This document shows, in pieces, positions 1-16,200 of a stretch of 64,000 bases of DNA. Origin of the DNA: Eledone cirrhosa (Eukaryota); contig OZ024745.1 of NCBI GenBank assembly GCA_964016885.1, forward strand, positions 30,752,001 through 30,816,000, written 5' to 3'. Positions within the stretch are counted from its first letter, which is position 1, and every line of letters begins with the position of its first letter. A model generated the notes under the pieces. It was not told where the DNA came from. It did no database searches and saw only the letters and a program-made list of their open reading frames with translations. A program made the position numbers and the translations under genes.

Positions 1-262
1 TTTAGATTTACTTATTGTTTCAACTCCCCACCCCCTCTCTTCTCTAGTATACTTTTTTCGACCTTCTATACCCTATCCTTAGAATCTGGTGTATTTTTCA
101 CTTTCAACGCTTGACTGGTTTCCTCCACTCCCTCTCCCTCTTTCTTCTACTGGCAAGTTCAGCTACCCCTACCTTCCACAAAATGCCATGATAGAATCAT
201 ATGTCTTAACAACAAACTTTTGACCAATCCTTGTGACAATCACTTTTACCATATATGGAATT

Positions 263-358
263 ACCCCCTGAGAAGTTCGGCTATTCATTTACCAGGCTAA
301 AATTTTTTATGTAGTCCAGAATTAGCCGTCGAAACGGCTTGAGCTCAGCCGTCGGGGT
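263..358 (+). ncRNA. Type I hammerhead ribozyme-like motif, degenerate core (probable PLE pseudo-LTR)
   Basis: ACCCC-CTGAGAA-g..CGGCTA...TAGCCG.c-GAAA-CGGCT tgagctc AGCCG-TC-GGGGT. Stems I, II and III pair and the triplet is GUC, but the core has a C3.A8 mismatch. The 3' half recurs at about 8761-8820. Confidence 0.5.
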
Positions 359-460
359 CCTACTTGTTCCTATATATATATATTTGTTTTGCGAGGTTTT
401 TTATATGAAATCGTGTGTCGAAACAAATATTGTTATACTTGGGGAGGGTCATATGGTTGT

Positions 461-643
461 AATAATTGTTTCTACTTTAGGCACAAGGCTAGCAAATACC
501 CAGTGCATTACTGGTACTTTATTTTATCGACCCCGTAAGGATGAAAGGCAAAGTCAAACTCGGCGGGATTTGAACTCAGATCGTAAAGGGACGTAACTAT
601 GCTGGAAAGCATGGCGTTCAACCCTCTACCGATACTGCCAAAT
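461..643 (-). mobile_element. tRNA-derived SINE, family A (B-box GTTCAAATC; central GCCTTTCATCCTTACGGGGTCGATAAAATAAAGTACC, Meta-domain-like)
   Basis: Near-identical to the copies at 32452-33488, 35420-36283 and 63797-63985. It interrupts a sequence that is contiguous at 29097-29520. Confidence 0.8.
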
Positions 644-770
644 ATTGGTTGGTTTCTCGCTTCTGTATCTTTTATATCAGTTAATTTATTCGGTCCTCAA
701 TGTTTACCATTGACTGACCAACGGTCAAAAATACAGATATAATACAGACACAAACACATATATATAGTCT

Positions 771-812
771 AACAAGGTTCTTTCGTTGCACATCTGCAAC
801 ATCGTCAGTGGT
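771..812 (-). ncRNA. Minimal type I hammerhead motif downstream of a PLE GIY-YIG remnant
   Basis: Minus strand reads acca-CTGACGA-t-GTTGCA gatg TGCAAC-GAAA-gaacc-ttg. Stem II is perfect; stems I and III are weak. Same family as 29341, 29598 and 35030. Confidence 0.6.
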
Positions 813-1203
813 GCTATTATGTTTCCTCTTGTTGTATTGTATGTCTATGCCATCTTTATTTAATCTGTTTATTTATTTATTCATTTTTGTCTTCTCTGCG
901 CATGCGTTTGCGTGTGTGTATAATGTTTGGTGTGTGTTCGGGTTTGGGTGACTGTGTTTTGGTTATTGTATTCTATCTTAGTTTACTAGTGTGTGTTTAT
1001 ATGTGTTTGTTGTTATTGTGTTTGTGTATATATTTATTTATTTATTTATATTTCTCTTAGGTCAGTATTGTTTGTTTGGGTGTTGTTATTCCATTCATTT
1101 TTTCTGTTTAGCTTTGGCCTTCTAAGTTCTATTTCACTTGCCTCTCTGATTTGCCTATCTGCTGGGTCATTTCTATGTTTAGATATTTTAATTTCTATGT
1201 TGT

Positions 1204-1690
1204 CTATGTTACCGTCATGTTGTTGTCTGGCATGTTCGTATAGTACTGAACCGTTTTTTTTTTCGTCCTTTTAGTTCCCCCCCAGTGTTGGTCTATCCTT
1301 TCACCTATGCTACGAGCTGTCTCGCCTATGTATGTTGTTGTCATGTTTCTGCAAGTACCCTCTGTACATCTTACGCTATAGACTACGTTTCTAGTTTTAC
1401 AGTTTATCTGGGGGTTTACTTTAGATATCATACATTTCCTATTAGTACAGTGGGTTTTCTTAAAAGGGTATGTTTTGCTGATCAGGGATTTTATGGTGGT
1501 TCCTGGCTTTTCTACCACCTTAATCTTTTAGTGGGTCTTTCTCATGGCCTTTCTACACTGGTTAGCTAATTTCCCTCCAGGGGTAGCGTCCACGAACATG
1601 ACACTCTGGTATCTCTGGTTGTCGTACCATGAGGTGGCTTTCCCTATCTTTTATTTAGTCCTATCTAAGCTATTCCATGAATTGCTCCTG
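1204..1690 (-). pseudogene. Penelope-like element ORF remnant (Cys-rich linker plus GIY-YIG endonuclease)
   Basis: Translation HCTNRKCMI...CKTRNVVYSVRCTEGTCRNMTTTYIGETARSIGERIDQH matches the PLE GIY-YIG pattern (VVY..C..C...YIGET.R....R...H). The frame breaks afterwards. Confidence 0.85.
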
Positions 1691-2194
1691 TATAAGGGGA
1701 AGATAGAGTAGAAAAGGAAGAGAGAAAGAGAGGGATATATATATATATATATGTAGGGGTAGGAGAAATGGAAGAGAGTTGTTTGAAGAATACAGATAGC
1801 TTAATGTAAATGTTGTGATAGGGGTTCAACAAGTGGTTTTATTATACTGCTTACTCTCAAAGTGACAACTTAGGCATTGTGTTGATATTATCAAGTTTGG
1901 AATTATTTATTGCCACAGAGAGCAGGTTAATAGATGTAGAGAAGGAGGGAGATAGACAGAGAGAGAGAAAGAGGAGGGGGGGGGGACAGAAAAAAGTTAA
2001 GAGAAAGGGAAGGAAAGGCGATATACACCGAGTTGATAGTTGTAGTTTGCTGATCGTACTTAAGTATCAATTTATTACGATATGCAAGGTACTGGTTAGT
2101 AGTGGGGGGGGGGGGGGGGTAGTTAGAAAGTAAGTATTGAGTGAAAATAGTAAGCGAGAAAGTGGTGTAGTAATCTCGGGTTCAAATTATGTTA

Positions 2195-2516
2195 AGTTAC
2201 TTTTATAGTGAGAAAATTTAGCCTTCAGTTTGTGGTTGCAGTATAACGATCGTTCGATTCTGTCATTTAGTTAATTGTTTTTAGATTTTAGGATATAAAA
2301 AAGTTTAAGGTTGTATAATCTGCAGTATTTTAATCCACACCGATATGCACTAGCGCTGGATAATTTATCCCATTTTAGGGTGAACTGCCGGTTGTATTCA
2401 CAGAGTTGCCAGGTCTTATTGGCGAGTGTAGTTACATAACGGTGTTCAGGATGTTTAATCGAAAATCGATGACGATACCAGCGTGATTTATAGGAGGTAG
2501 TGGTAGACCCAACACC
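2195..2516 (-). pseudogene. Second Penelope-like element remnant (GIY-YIG C-terminal half)
   Basis: GVGSTTTSYKSRWYRHRFSIKHPEHRYVTTLANKTWQL...LKWDKLSSASAYRCGLKYCRLYNLKLFYILK..*LNDRIERSLYCNHK follows the PLE C-terminal pattern (R...H..SF......T.LS...W.L....KW......Y.....C.LC..EK..I....LN.R.E...C.H). Confidence 0.7.
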
Positions 2517-2529
2517 TAAGAGATCAAAG

Positions 2530-2927
2530 TCATGAGAACGGCCAGCAACACAGGTCCTGTGATCAGGGTCAGCCAACAGGACCTCGAGGAAGTCAATCAC
2601 TTCACCTATCTGGGCAGCATCCTGACAAACAGCGGCGACGCGGAGCTCGACATCAACTGTCGGATCGGCAAAGGTGCCTCAGTTTTCCAGCGGCTGTGCC
2701 CAGTCTGGTCGTCTTCATGCATTAGCACCAAGACCAAGCTCCGCCTGGCGGTAAACAGAGGCGGGGTTGCCCAAGGATCACCTGGCGACGAACGTTCCCG
2801 AAGAACCTGATGGCAGCCAACATCACCTGGTACGGTCTCGAAAAAGTTGCCGCTGATCGTGACCGTTGGCGAGTACTTACTGCTCGATGTGCCGAACGGC
2901 GGGGAAGAATCTAAAACTAAGGCTAAG
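2530..2927 (+). mobile_element. RTE-clade LINE 3' fragment, internally deleted (second RTE family, no PHD insert)
   Basis: [30 protein letters not shown]...ISTKTKLRL, then PRITWRRT...[10 protein letters not shown]...*, and a short CTAAG-type tail that is mirrored as a small palindrome (about 2910-2965). Confidence 0.75.
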
Positions 2928-3004
2928 ATATATATATGTATATATATCTTAGCCTTAGTTTTAGAGCATTGCTTAAAAGCTTTCTCTGTTAATGTATTAA
3001 ATAC

Positions 3005-3442
<438 letters not shown>

Positions 3443-3704
3443 TTTTTTTTTTTTTTTAAATGATTTAATGAAAAAGAAGAAAGATAAGGTTATATATATA
3501 TATAAATACATATTTTTAATATGGTATCCCTGAAATATGTATAATGAAATAAATATGGTTTTATAAATATAGTTTCCATTTGTTTAATATCGTATATCTA
3601 CTCCAAAATTTGTTGAGTGCTTTATATCAGTTATAAAATATTTACTTGTTTTAACCCAACAATTTTAAATAAAACTTTTGCATATAAATACATATATATA
3701 TATC

Positions 3705-3925
3705 CCCTTAACGATCGACTTTCGTCAAACCGGACCGAGGAAACGATGTTTCCGTTGGTCTTTCCAATTGCTAATACTATCTATCGGTCGCAACTCCATG
3801 TAGAAGGAGCAACGTGAAATAAAGTGTCTTGCTCAAGGGCATAACGCATCGTCTGGTCCAGGAATCGAACTCACAACCTTACGATTGCGAATCCAACTCT
3901 CTAACCACTCAGTCACACGCCTTCA
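3705..3925 (-). mobile_element. tRNA-derived SINE, family B (CORE-like central domain)
   Basis: Minus strand reads GAAGGCGTGTGACTGAGTGGTTAGAG...GTGAGTTCGATTCC (A and B boxes), then CCTTGAGCAAGACACTTTATTTCACGTTGCTCC. Related copies lie at 50305, 52484, about 53800 and 62010. Confidence 0.75.
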
Positions 3926-4018
3926 CTATATATATAATATATAAAATAACAGATTAAAGTTTAACCCTTAACGGGATCTTATGAAAACCGTGCAGATCTG
4001 TAGGCCCTAACAACATCC

Positions 4019-4348
4019 CTACAAAGCGATGTCGTCGGCGTATGCCAGGTCCCTCAGCCTCGACTTCCCTCTCCATGGGATTCCTCGACCGGGTCCTTCA
4101 TCCATTCGCCTTAGTACAAAATCGGCTGCCAGCAGGAACAACAGTGGAGAGACAATGCAACCCTGTCTGACTCCGGAGACAATGTCAAAGAACTCCGTCA
4201 CGCCGGACTCAGTCCACACGCAGCAGCTAGAGTTTTCATACAGGGCCTTGAAAATGGCGATGAATCTTGCAGGAATGCCGTACAGTTGCGCAACATTCCA
4301 CAGCGACTCCCGGTGTACACTGTCGAATGCCTTCTGGAAATCAATAAA
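4019..4348 (-). pseudogene. Non-LTR reverse transcriptase fragment (RTE-like)
   Basis: [17 protein letters not shown]...[13 protein letters not shown]...LAYADDIAL contains the RT motifs A, B and C. Confidence 0.9.
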
Positions 4349-6977
<2,629 letters not shown>

Positions 6978-7693
6978 GGTGGCTACCAACTCGTTTTCGA
7001 GTACGGCTACTACTTTATATCCATGTAGGAGAACCCCTACCGATGCGCTGAACGAGTGTGACTTCTTAGTCCAGCCAGCGACTTGAAAACTCTGGTACAA
7101 ACACTAGACCTGTGACGATTATTGACACACAGTGCTGGGCCCATGATACCATGAGACGACAAGTGCAGAGAGATCTCCAGATATAAAGCAATGCCTGTGC
7201 TGTGAAGCTTTTATAGTGAGCAAAGGCACTGCACAAAGACAGTCCCACTCTCTTAACCAAAATGATATTTACCAAAAAGAAGAACAAGTCAACATCATTG
7301 GATACCATCAGGGTTGCAGGTGTTATATCAGAGTTTTCCTTCTCCTAGAATTCTGCCTTGACAAAGGCTAAGGGGTCATCTCTCCCGGTGATTTTGGATG
7401 GCCATTGACTCTTAAGAACTCCTTTGCTCTTTGACAGGTTTTGTTTTTAGTCCTGGAGGATGTCCAAAGTCACCCTCCTCACCAAGAAACCTTGGTGGGG
7501 TTGCCGGTTTAGTCGCCAACGGCCCGACCATGAGACAGGTAGTTCTGGGATACATGTTACCAGTAGCACCAACTGGTGACCTGACATATACATATATATA
7601 TACATATACATATATATACACACATATATATATATACACACACACATATATATATACACACACACATATATATATACACACACACACACACAT

Positions 7694-7744
<51 letters not shown>

Positions 7745-7747
7745 TAT

Positions 7748-7778
<31 letters not shown>

Positions 7779-7965
7779 GTTGTTATATAGTAAGGTGTAT
7801 TATTGGTTGTCATACGGTCCAATAAACTTTTGTTAGCAATATTAAGTTCTCCACGCTTTTGTATATCTCCAATTCCATTTATGGGAACAGCTAGATGATG
7901 TAAAACGGAGTATTTGTATCAAAATAAAGATCCGAAGGCATGGTATAAATTTCCAATCATTTTAA

Positions 7966-8039
7966 TCACGACACATGTTTCAATAAGAGATAGATCGATC
8001 GTGTAGCCATGATCGATTATCACTGATCTCGTCAGGTGA
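7966..8039 (-). ncRNA. Type I hammerhead ribozyme motif
   Basis: Minus strand reads TCAC-CTGACGA-[stem II with ATCGATC..GATCGAT hairpin]-GAAA-CATGT-GTC-GTGA. Stem I is TCAC/GTGA, stem III holds palindromic ACATGT, and the triplet is GUC. Confidence 0.75.
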
Positions 8040-8820
8040 AAATGAATTGTCTTCAAATCCTTGATATGAGGGAGAAAATTAACGGTGTCCACTCACAGAG
8101 TTTAGTCCCTCATATGAAGATCAAGCAGTCAGAGCACGGCGACTGTTATCGTCCTCAGTTAGGGTCATAAAACTATCAAGTCTCTATCTCCCAATAGCTG
8201 TAAAAGACGCTGAACATCTGTAGAATTACAGTCGGTCACAGTTAATGTGACTGGGTACACACACACTCACACATACATGACACGAGGTCAAAGAAAAAAA
8301 TATATATATACACATACCAACACAGCATCAAATCTGTAGAACTATAGACGGTTACAGTTAGTGTGAGTGAGTACACACACTCACACACACCGACACGAGG
8401 TTAAAGAAAAAAGAAAAAATACAAATATACCAACATAGTATTCACCGAAAGTTAGTTTACAAAACAACAAATGTTATATTGGTCAAATCTCAATTTGAGG
8501 ATGTAAATTGGAAAAATTGGGTCAACCACAACCCTATACACACGCAAGTAAGTTCAGTTCAGTGTTCTACTATACGTGTATAGATTGAATTGTAACATCC
8601 GTATCTCCAAATAGTGTATGTTATGGTATATACACATCCGTATAGTCCAACAAAAACGTGTATGTTTACGTATATACATATCGCTGTGAAGATCAAGTAG
8701 TTAGCTCATATCGAATTCAGTATGTGTCGTTGTCCCATTTTTTTTTTTTTTTTTTTTTTTTAGTCTAGAATTAGCCGTCGAAACGGCTTGAGCTCAGCCG
8801 TCGGGGTCCTACTCGTTCCT

Positions 8821-9380
<560 letters not shown>

Positions 9381-10332
9381 CTAGACATGAAAAATGCGCA
9401 AGCTCAAAAGTGCCACAGAATATAATAAACCTTCAAAAGTGTGGGACTAGAGTTGTTGCTAAAAAATATTGTAATCATTATATATCGTACATTCTGTGGC
9501 ATCCTTTATAAAAATAGCTTAAACCAACGAAGCCTTTATTTTTACGCTATTTCACTTAGTTAATTCTTAGAGTGTAACATATAAAAATATCATTTACAAC
9601 TATAAAATAAATTAATTAATATAATAACAGAGCTGCGGAGCTGAAATTTAGGAAATAATGGAGTATCGGATCCTGAGTTGGAGCCAGTCAATTTTTGGCC
9701 GACTCCGCAGCCCTGTATAATACATTTCATATTAAAGTTATTAATAAACCTATTTTACACTTCATGCAAATTACCACGAGATATTGATATTAGATATAAG
9801 ATACAGCGCAATATCTACAGCTGTAAAAGTACGAAAGCGAAGTAATAATAAGTGGCTTAAGGTAATTCCAATATGAAAGTTTGTAGTGATAAAAATTTGA
9901 TAATGCAATACGATTGTTAATATTATAGTTCTATGAAAATGTAACAATAGATAACTAAATTATTTTACTATTAGTATATTTAAGAAATTATCATTATAGA
10001 TTTGATCGTTCATATAAGCATCATATTAAGTTTCAACACAATTATTTTGTTACTATGAGTATATGATAATAATATTACGTAATTATTTATAGCTGTTATT
10101 ACATTAAACATAGATGTATTTATTTTTATATGTTACACTCTAAGAATTAACTAAGTGAAATAGCGTAAAAATAAAGGCTTCGTTGGTTTAAGCTATTTTT
10201 ATAAAGGATGCCACAGAATGTACGATATATAATGATTACAATATTTTTTAGCAACAACTCTAGTCCCACACTTTTGAAGGTTTATTATAACATTCTGTGG
10301 CACTTTTGAGCTTGCGCATTTTTCATGTCTAG
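9381..10332. mobile_element. Non-autonomous DNA transposon or foldback element with about 205 bp terminal inverted repeats
   Basis: 9381-9586 is almost the exact reverse complement of 10124-10332 (CTAGACATGAAAAATGCGCAAGCTC... / ...GAGCTTGCGCATTTTTCATGTCTAG). The interior is AT-rich and non-coding. Confidence 0.75.
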
Positions 10333-10889
10333 TTTAATATTTTTTTAAGGCAACGCTTGTAATAACTCTAGTTAAACAGGATATATATTAATAATAAATT
10401 ATCGTTGTAATGTAATTAGATTATGTAATTGTTATTATAAATTATCTTATAAATATTAGTGTAAGATGTATAAAAATATTTTCAGACTTTTAATATAAAC
10501 AACTACAAAAAACAATCAATATTAAATCAATATATTATACATAATAGAAAACATAAAATATACAATACAAAAACAAAATATTTACATACAATTGCAATTA
10601 TCAGTGTATATACATTTTCTTTATATTCCCTGAGCAAATTAATAAGATTTGTTTTTATTGTACATAATTTGATGACTTGTTGGAGTGTATTAAAAGATAG
10701 CAACAATTTGTGATTAAATTGTTATCTTAAGCAACTCACTTTTTAATAGTTGTTGGCTGAGCGAAATTGTAAAAGCCTATGAGCAAATATAAAAAAAAAT
10801 ACACAAACAACATTTCCTTGTGTTATTACAACATTAGATAAAATAATTGAGCAATGTCGTTATATTTTGCTCTTATTGCACATTAATAG

Positions 10890-11062
10890 TGTTTCTATTT
10901 TTCGGTTTTCGGCACAAATCCATTACGGCAGTCCATTACTGGTACTTTATTTTATCGAATTAGTAAGTATGAAAGTCGAAGTTAACCTCGGCAGGATTTG
11001 AACTTAGAATGCAAAGGACCATAACAATACTGCAAAGCATGGTGTCTGACGCTCTACCAATA
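10890..11062 (-). mobile_element. Diverged SINE family A copy
   Basis: Contains TACTGGTACTTTATTTTATCGA...GTTAACCTCGGCAGGATTTGAACT. Confidence 0.7.
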
Positions 11063-12933
11063 CTTGTGTTGAGCTGGTCATTAATTTATGGTGGTCGTGC
11101 GTGGAGTAGAGCAATCGCTAGTTGAAATATTATGAACAAAACATTTTTATTTGCCGAAGAACATATTTTCAATACTGTTTGTGAATGTGACGAAGGAAAT
11201 ACATTCTGATATGGAACAGTGTACAAAGTGTGTCTGTGAATAACATAATGTTACCTCATGTTGTTGTCAAGACATAATGGATTTCGTATATCCAGTTAGA
11301 AGATGAAACCTAGCCATCTCGGATTAGTTATATTTCATGCCATGTGTAAACGTGTTTGAGGATAGCAAAATATGCGCGTTAATTATAATAATTAGTTAAT
11401 AATATTACAAAATATACCTAATTAAACTCTTTGCTTGAAATTTTATCATTCTTCGTTTATATATATATATATATATATAGAGAGAGGGAGAGAGATTTAT
11501 CTAGTCCTTCGCTCAAGATTAATCTATAAGTTTAGATGTTTGCCTTCGTTTAAGTAAATATTACAGTAAGATTTTTAATATAAACAACTACAAAAAACAA
11601 TTAATATTAAAACGAAAAAATTATCAATGATAAAAGAAGCGGATGCAACTTTTTTTTTTATAAAGTTATATTCCTGTTTCTTTAAAGAACATTTCATTTT
11701 TGTTCTATTGTAGGCGAAATAATGCAATGGTTTAATAGGGAAGATATAACTTACGAATTATGTCTCTAACCGTGTAACGCTTTTTAAGTAGATAACTACA
11801 ATTGAAAATACTAAAGAAATGGAACCAACAATTCAATTTGAAAGTCGTCTAGTGACAGTGTATTACTGGTACTTTATTTTATCGACCCCGTAACGATGAA
11901 AGGCAAAAATGCAAATGCTTAAAATTTAAATTGCCTTAATTCTATCGTCTGCTGTTTCATTAAAGGGAGATTATCGTCTGTATTTAATTCTATCGTCTAC
12001 TGTTCCACTAAACAGATATACCTCCACTATCGTCTCTATTTATACATTTTAACTTATAACTTATACACATTTGATTTGAAATATTTTATCTAGTCCCCCC
12101 TCTCAATATTATGATGATTTCTTTCGAATGAAACAGTTCTAGTCCTGTAGAAACCATTTATATATATAATTGAACTGAGTTAAAAATTCACAATATTTAT
12201 AATTAAATAAGCTCATATATATATGTGTGTATTTATCTGTTTATTGTATTATATATAATGTGTGTATATACAGGATGTCCCCCAAAAATATATACACACT
12301 TCAACAGCATTCTAATAACTATTGCCTGTACAGGTAATCAAAGTGTCAATCGAATGTTAGTTTCGTGTTTTAACAGTACAAATTTACAATACACACATAA
12401 AACCAGTGTATATACATACATGAGTGTGTATACACATACATGAATGTGTATATACAATATATATGTATATATATATAGACACATATATTCACGGTGCAAC
12501 GGTACATTAAAATATAGATGCGGGAGAGGGGGGGTGTATATATAGGGGCGCTGGGGATAAAGGAGTGTAAAGCGTGTGTAATTGATATATTGAAGGAGAG
12601 GAGCGTGCAGCGATAGAGTAACAAATATATAGAGAGGGGGAGAGATGGTATTGAAGGGGAGGAGTGCAAAGCGAAAGAGTAAGAGATATATATAGAGACG
12701 GAACAGATAGAGAGAAACAGGCGTAAGTAACAGTGGAAGAGATATAGAGAGAGGTACTCTGATTGGTTGAAAATTAGCCAATGACATACGATCACCACCA
12801 CCACGGCTATCCCCGAAAAATTTTTTAAGAAGCTACGCATATATGTTAGAACACGAAAAGTGAACATTCTGTTGTTTCACACTTTTCGTGTTCTAACAGA
12901 TATACATATATATATACATATATACATATATAC

Positions 12934-12974
<41 letters not shown>

Positions 12975-13283
12975 TATACATATATATATACATATATACA
13001 TATATATACATATATATATATATATATACATATATAAGCCCCAGAGCCCCCCCCCCCCCACGCATCACCATTATTATTATTACGCGGACCAATCATAAGC
13101 CAGAGGCCTATACTATCGCTTGCCCGGTTGCCTTTCGATATATGATGGATGGATGGATGGACTGCGGAATCCTGGAGAGTGGAAGGGAGAGAAAAATCTG
13201 GACGCTCAGCGAAAATGCCAAAGTTAAAGTCAAATTCACCTCGTGGACGAGAATGCGAGCACTCCTCTTTGTTTCGTCCGCGG

Positions 13284-16200
13284 ATGGCTAACATAACACC
13301 ATCTCCCCCCGCCCCCCACCGCCCCCACCCTCCAAAACTTCAGAGTTGGTACCATAAATGTAGGCACCCTAAAGGGTCGCGCTAACGAGGTTGTAGAAAT
13401 GCTTGAACGTAAGGAGGCCGATGTTTGTTGTATTCAAGAGACCAGGTGGAGGGGTGGGTCTGCTAGATTCATTGAGGGTAAAAAACGATGTTATAAGCTT
13501 TTCTGGGTGGGAAACGACGATGGGCTGGGTGGAGTAGGAATCATGGTAGCAGAAAAGTGGGCAGATAAGATAATAGACGTAAATAGAGTGAACGACAGAA
13601 TAATTAAAATACGACTTGTCCTCAATAGAACTACGGTGACAGTAATATCTGCGTACGCACCCCAATCCGGACTGCCCGACACTATAAAAGACAGATTCTA
13701 TGAGACACTGATGCTAACTACCTCCCAAATATCCGACAGTGACTATATAATTATTGCAGGCGACCTAAATGGTCACGTTGGACAACATTGTGACGGCTAC
13801 GACGAAATCCATGGAGGCTATGGGTTTGGTACTAGAAATGAGGAAGGCTCCAGAATCCTGGAATTCTGTGATGCAAATAACCTAACTATCTGTAACACTA
13901 ACTTCAAAAAACGTGACAATCACCTGATCACCTATAGATCCGGGGAACACACAAGCCAGGTAGATTATATCCTTACCAGAAGACGTGACAGAGTGTCTGT
14001 TGTAAACACTAAATCCCTCCCCCATGAAGAATGCACCTCCCAACATAGACTGATAATTAGCAACCTCATAGTCAGGACGAGACGTACTCGACAGCAGAAG
14101 AGGACTATCCTCAGGAGAAAAATATGAAAGCTAAAGGACCCCACAGTCAGAAATAAATTTCAAAGCATATTACTTGATGCTTTCGACAGTAAGGAAGAAC
14201 ATTTACAGTCGGACAATATAGAGGGAGAGTGGGAATTTCTGAAAGCAAACCTGGTGATGGCGACAGACGAAGTCTGTGGCTGGAGCAGGCCTGTAGGCAG
14301 GAGGAGAGTAACATGGTGGTGGAACAGTAAAGTGGAGGGGTCAATTAAGGCCAAAAAGCAGGCTTGGAAAGTATGGCGGGATGGGGGAAGTAGAGAAGAC
14401 TATCAAGTGGCCAGGAGGGAAGCTAGGAGACAAGTGTACTTAGCAAGAAGGGAAGCAGAGGAAAGAAAGTTCAAGCATGTTCTACAACGCGAGGACCAAA
14501 AACGTGAGGTGTTCAGGATTGCTAGGCAATGCGTCAAGGAAAACCGTGATATTGTCGGGGAGAAGTGTGTACTAAACGATGATGGCACACTTGCCATCAC
14601 CGACGCTGATAAGAAAGTAGCTTGGAAGTGTCACTATGAAAGGCTACTAAATGAGGAGAATAAATGGGAGAAAGACATTCTCCCCCATATCGACCCAATA
14701 GAGGGACCAGCAGTGTTAGTCGAGGGGAGTATAATAAGTAAGGCAATCAAGGATATGAAGACCGGTAAGGCGGCTGGGCCTTCGGAAATAGTTGCTGAGA
14801 TGCTGAAGGCATCTGGCACGGTGGGACACACCATGGTCACCCGCATAGTTAACCAAGTCGTACAGAATGGGGTTGTTCCGAAGGACTGGCATAGCAGCAT
14901 CATCGTTAACTGTTATAAGGGTAAAGGAGACGCCCTAGATAGGAGTAACTATAGAGGCATTAAATTAATCGACCAGGTCATGAAGGTCACGGAAAAAGTA
15001 ATAGCGCAACTAATCAGAGAGAGAATTGACCTAGATGAAATGCAGTTCGGGTTTGTGTCAGGCAAAAGTACCACAGACGCTCTTTTCATTGTACGACAAC
15101 TACAGGAGAAGTACCTAGCTAAAGGTAAACCCCTCTACTTAGCTTTTGTCGACTTGGAGAAAGCCTTCGACAGAGTCCCCCGCTCCATTATCTGGTGGGC
15201 TCTTAGAAAACTAGGCGTTGACGAATGGCTTGTGAGGGCTATACAAGCCATGTATAAAGAAACAGTCAGCAAGGTTAGAATTAACAACGAATATAGTGAA
15301 GAGTTTAGCGTAAAAGTTGGCGTCCATCAGGGCTCTGTTCTCAGCCCCCTACTATTTATTATTGCCCTTCAGGCTATAACAGAGGAGTTCAAGACCGGCT
15401 GCCCATGGGAACTCCTATACGCAGACGACCTGACACTCATAGCGGAATCAATGGCCGAGCTAGAGAAGAAATTCCAAACATGGAAGCACGGCCTAGAGTC
15501 AAAAGGACTTAAAATTAACCTGGCTAAGACTAACGTTCTAGTTTGTAGGAAAGAAAACAAGGCGGCGGTCCCTTCTGGGAAATGGTCGTGCTCGGTGTGT
15601 AGGAAAGGCGTAGGTAGAAACTCCATTTTATGTCCTAAATGCAAAGTATGGGTGCATAAAAGATGTAGTGGGATCACAGGTAAGCTAACTAAGAACATAG
15701 ATTTTACATGTGGCCGGTGCTCTGGTGCAATAAGTAGCAGCAAGTGCCCACAAAATACTAGCTCTTTCAATTGCGCAGAGGGTTCTATAGAAATAGTGGA
15801 CAGCTTCCGTTACCAGGGCGATAAAATCAGCAGTGGGGGAGGGTGCTCTGAAAGTACAGTAGCTAGAGTCAGAACTGGTTGGAAAAAGTTCAGAGAGCTT
15901 ATACCACTATTAGCTGCTAAAGGGTTCTCCCTAAAAATGAAAGGCAGGTTGTACGATGCCTGCATACGAACAGCAATGTTGCATGGCAGTGAGACCTGGG
16001 CATTGTGTGCAGAGGATATACGCAGACTAGAGAGGAACGAAGCTTGCATGCTCCGCTGGATGTGTAACAGTAATATACGTGAACGGCAAAGCATAAACGA
16101 ACTAAGGAAAAAATTAGAGATCAGAGGGATCAGATGTTGTTTACTCGAGAGAAGGCTACGTTGGTATGGACACGTGATGCGCATGAAGGACGATAGCTGT

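Noticed and set aside
14125-14127. Programmed readthrough or a two-ORF LINE
   Set aside because: RTE elements encode APE and RT in one ORF and Trp is expected here, so a TGG-to-TGA mutation is simpler.
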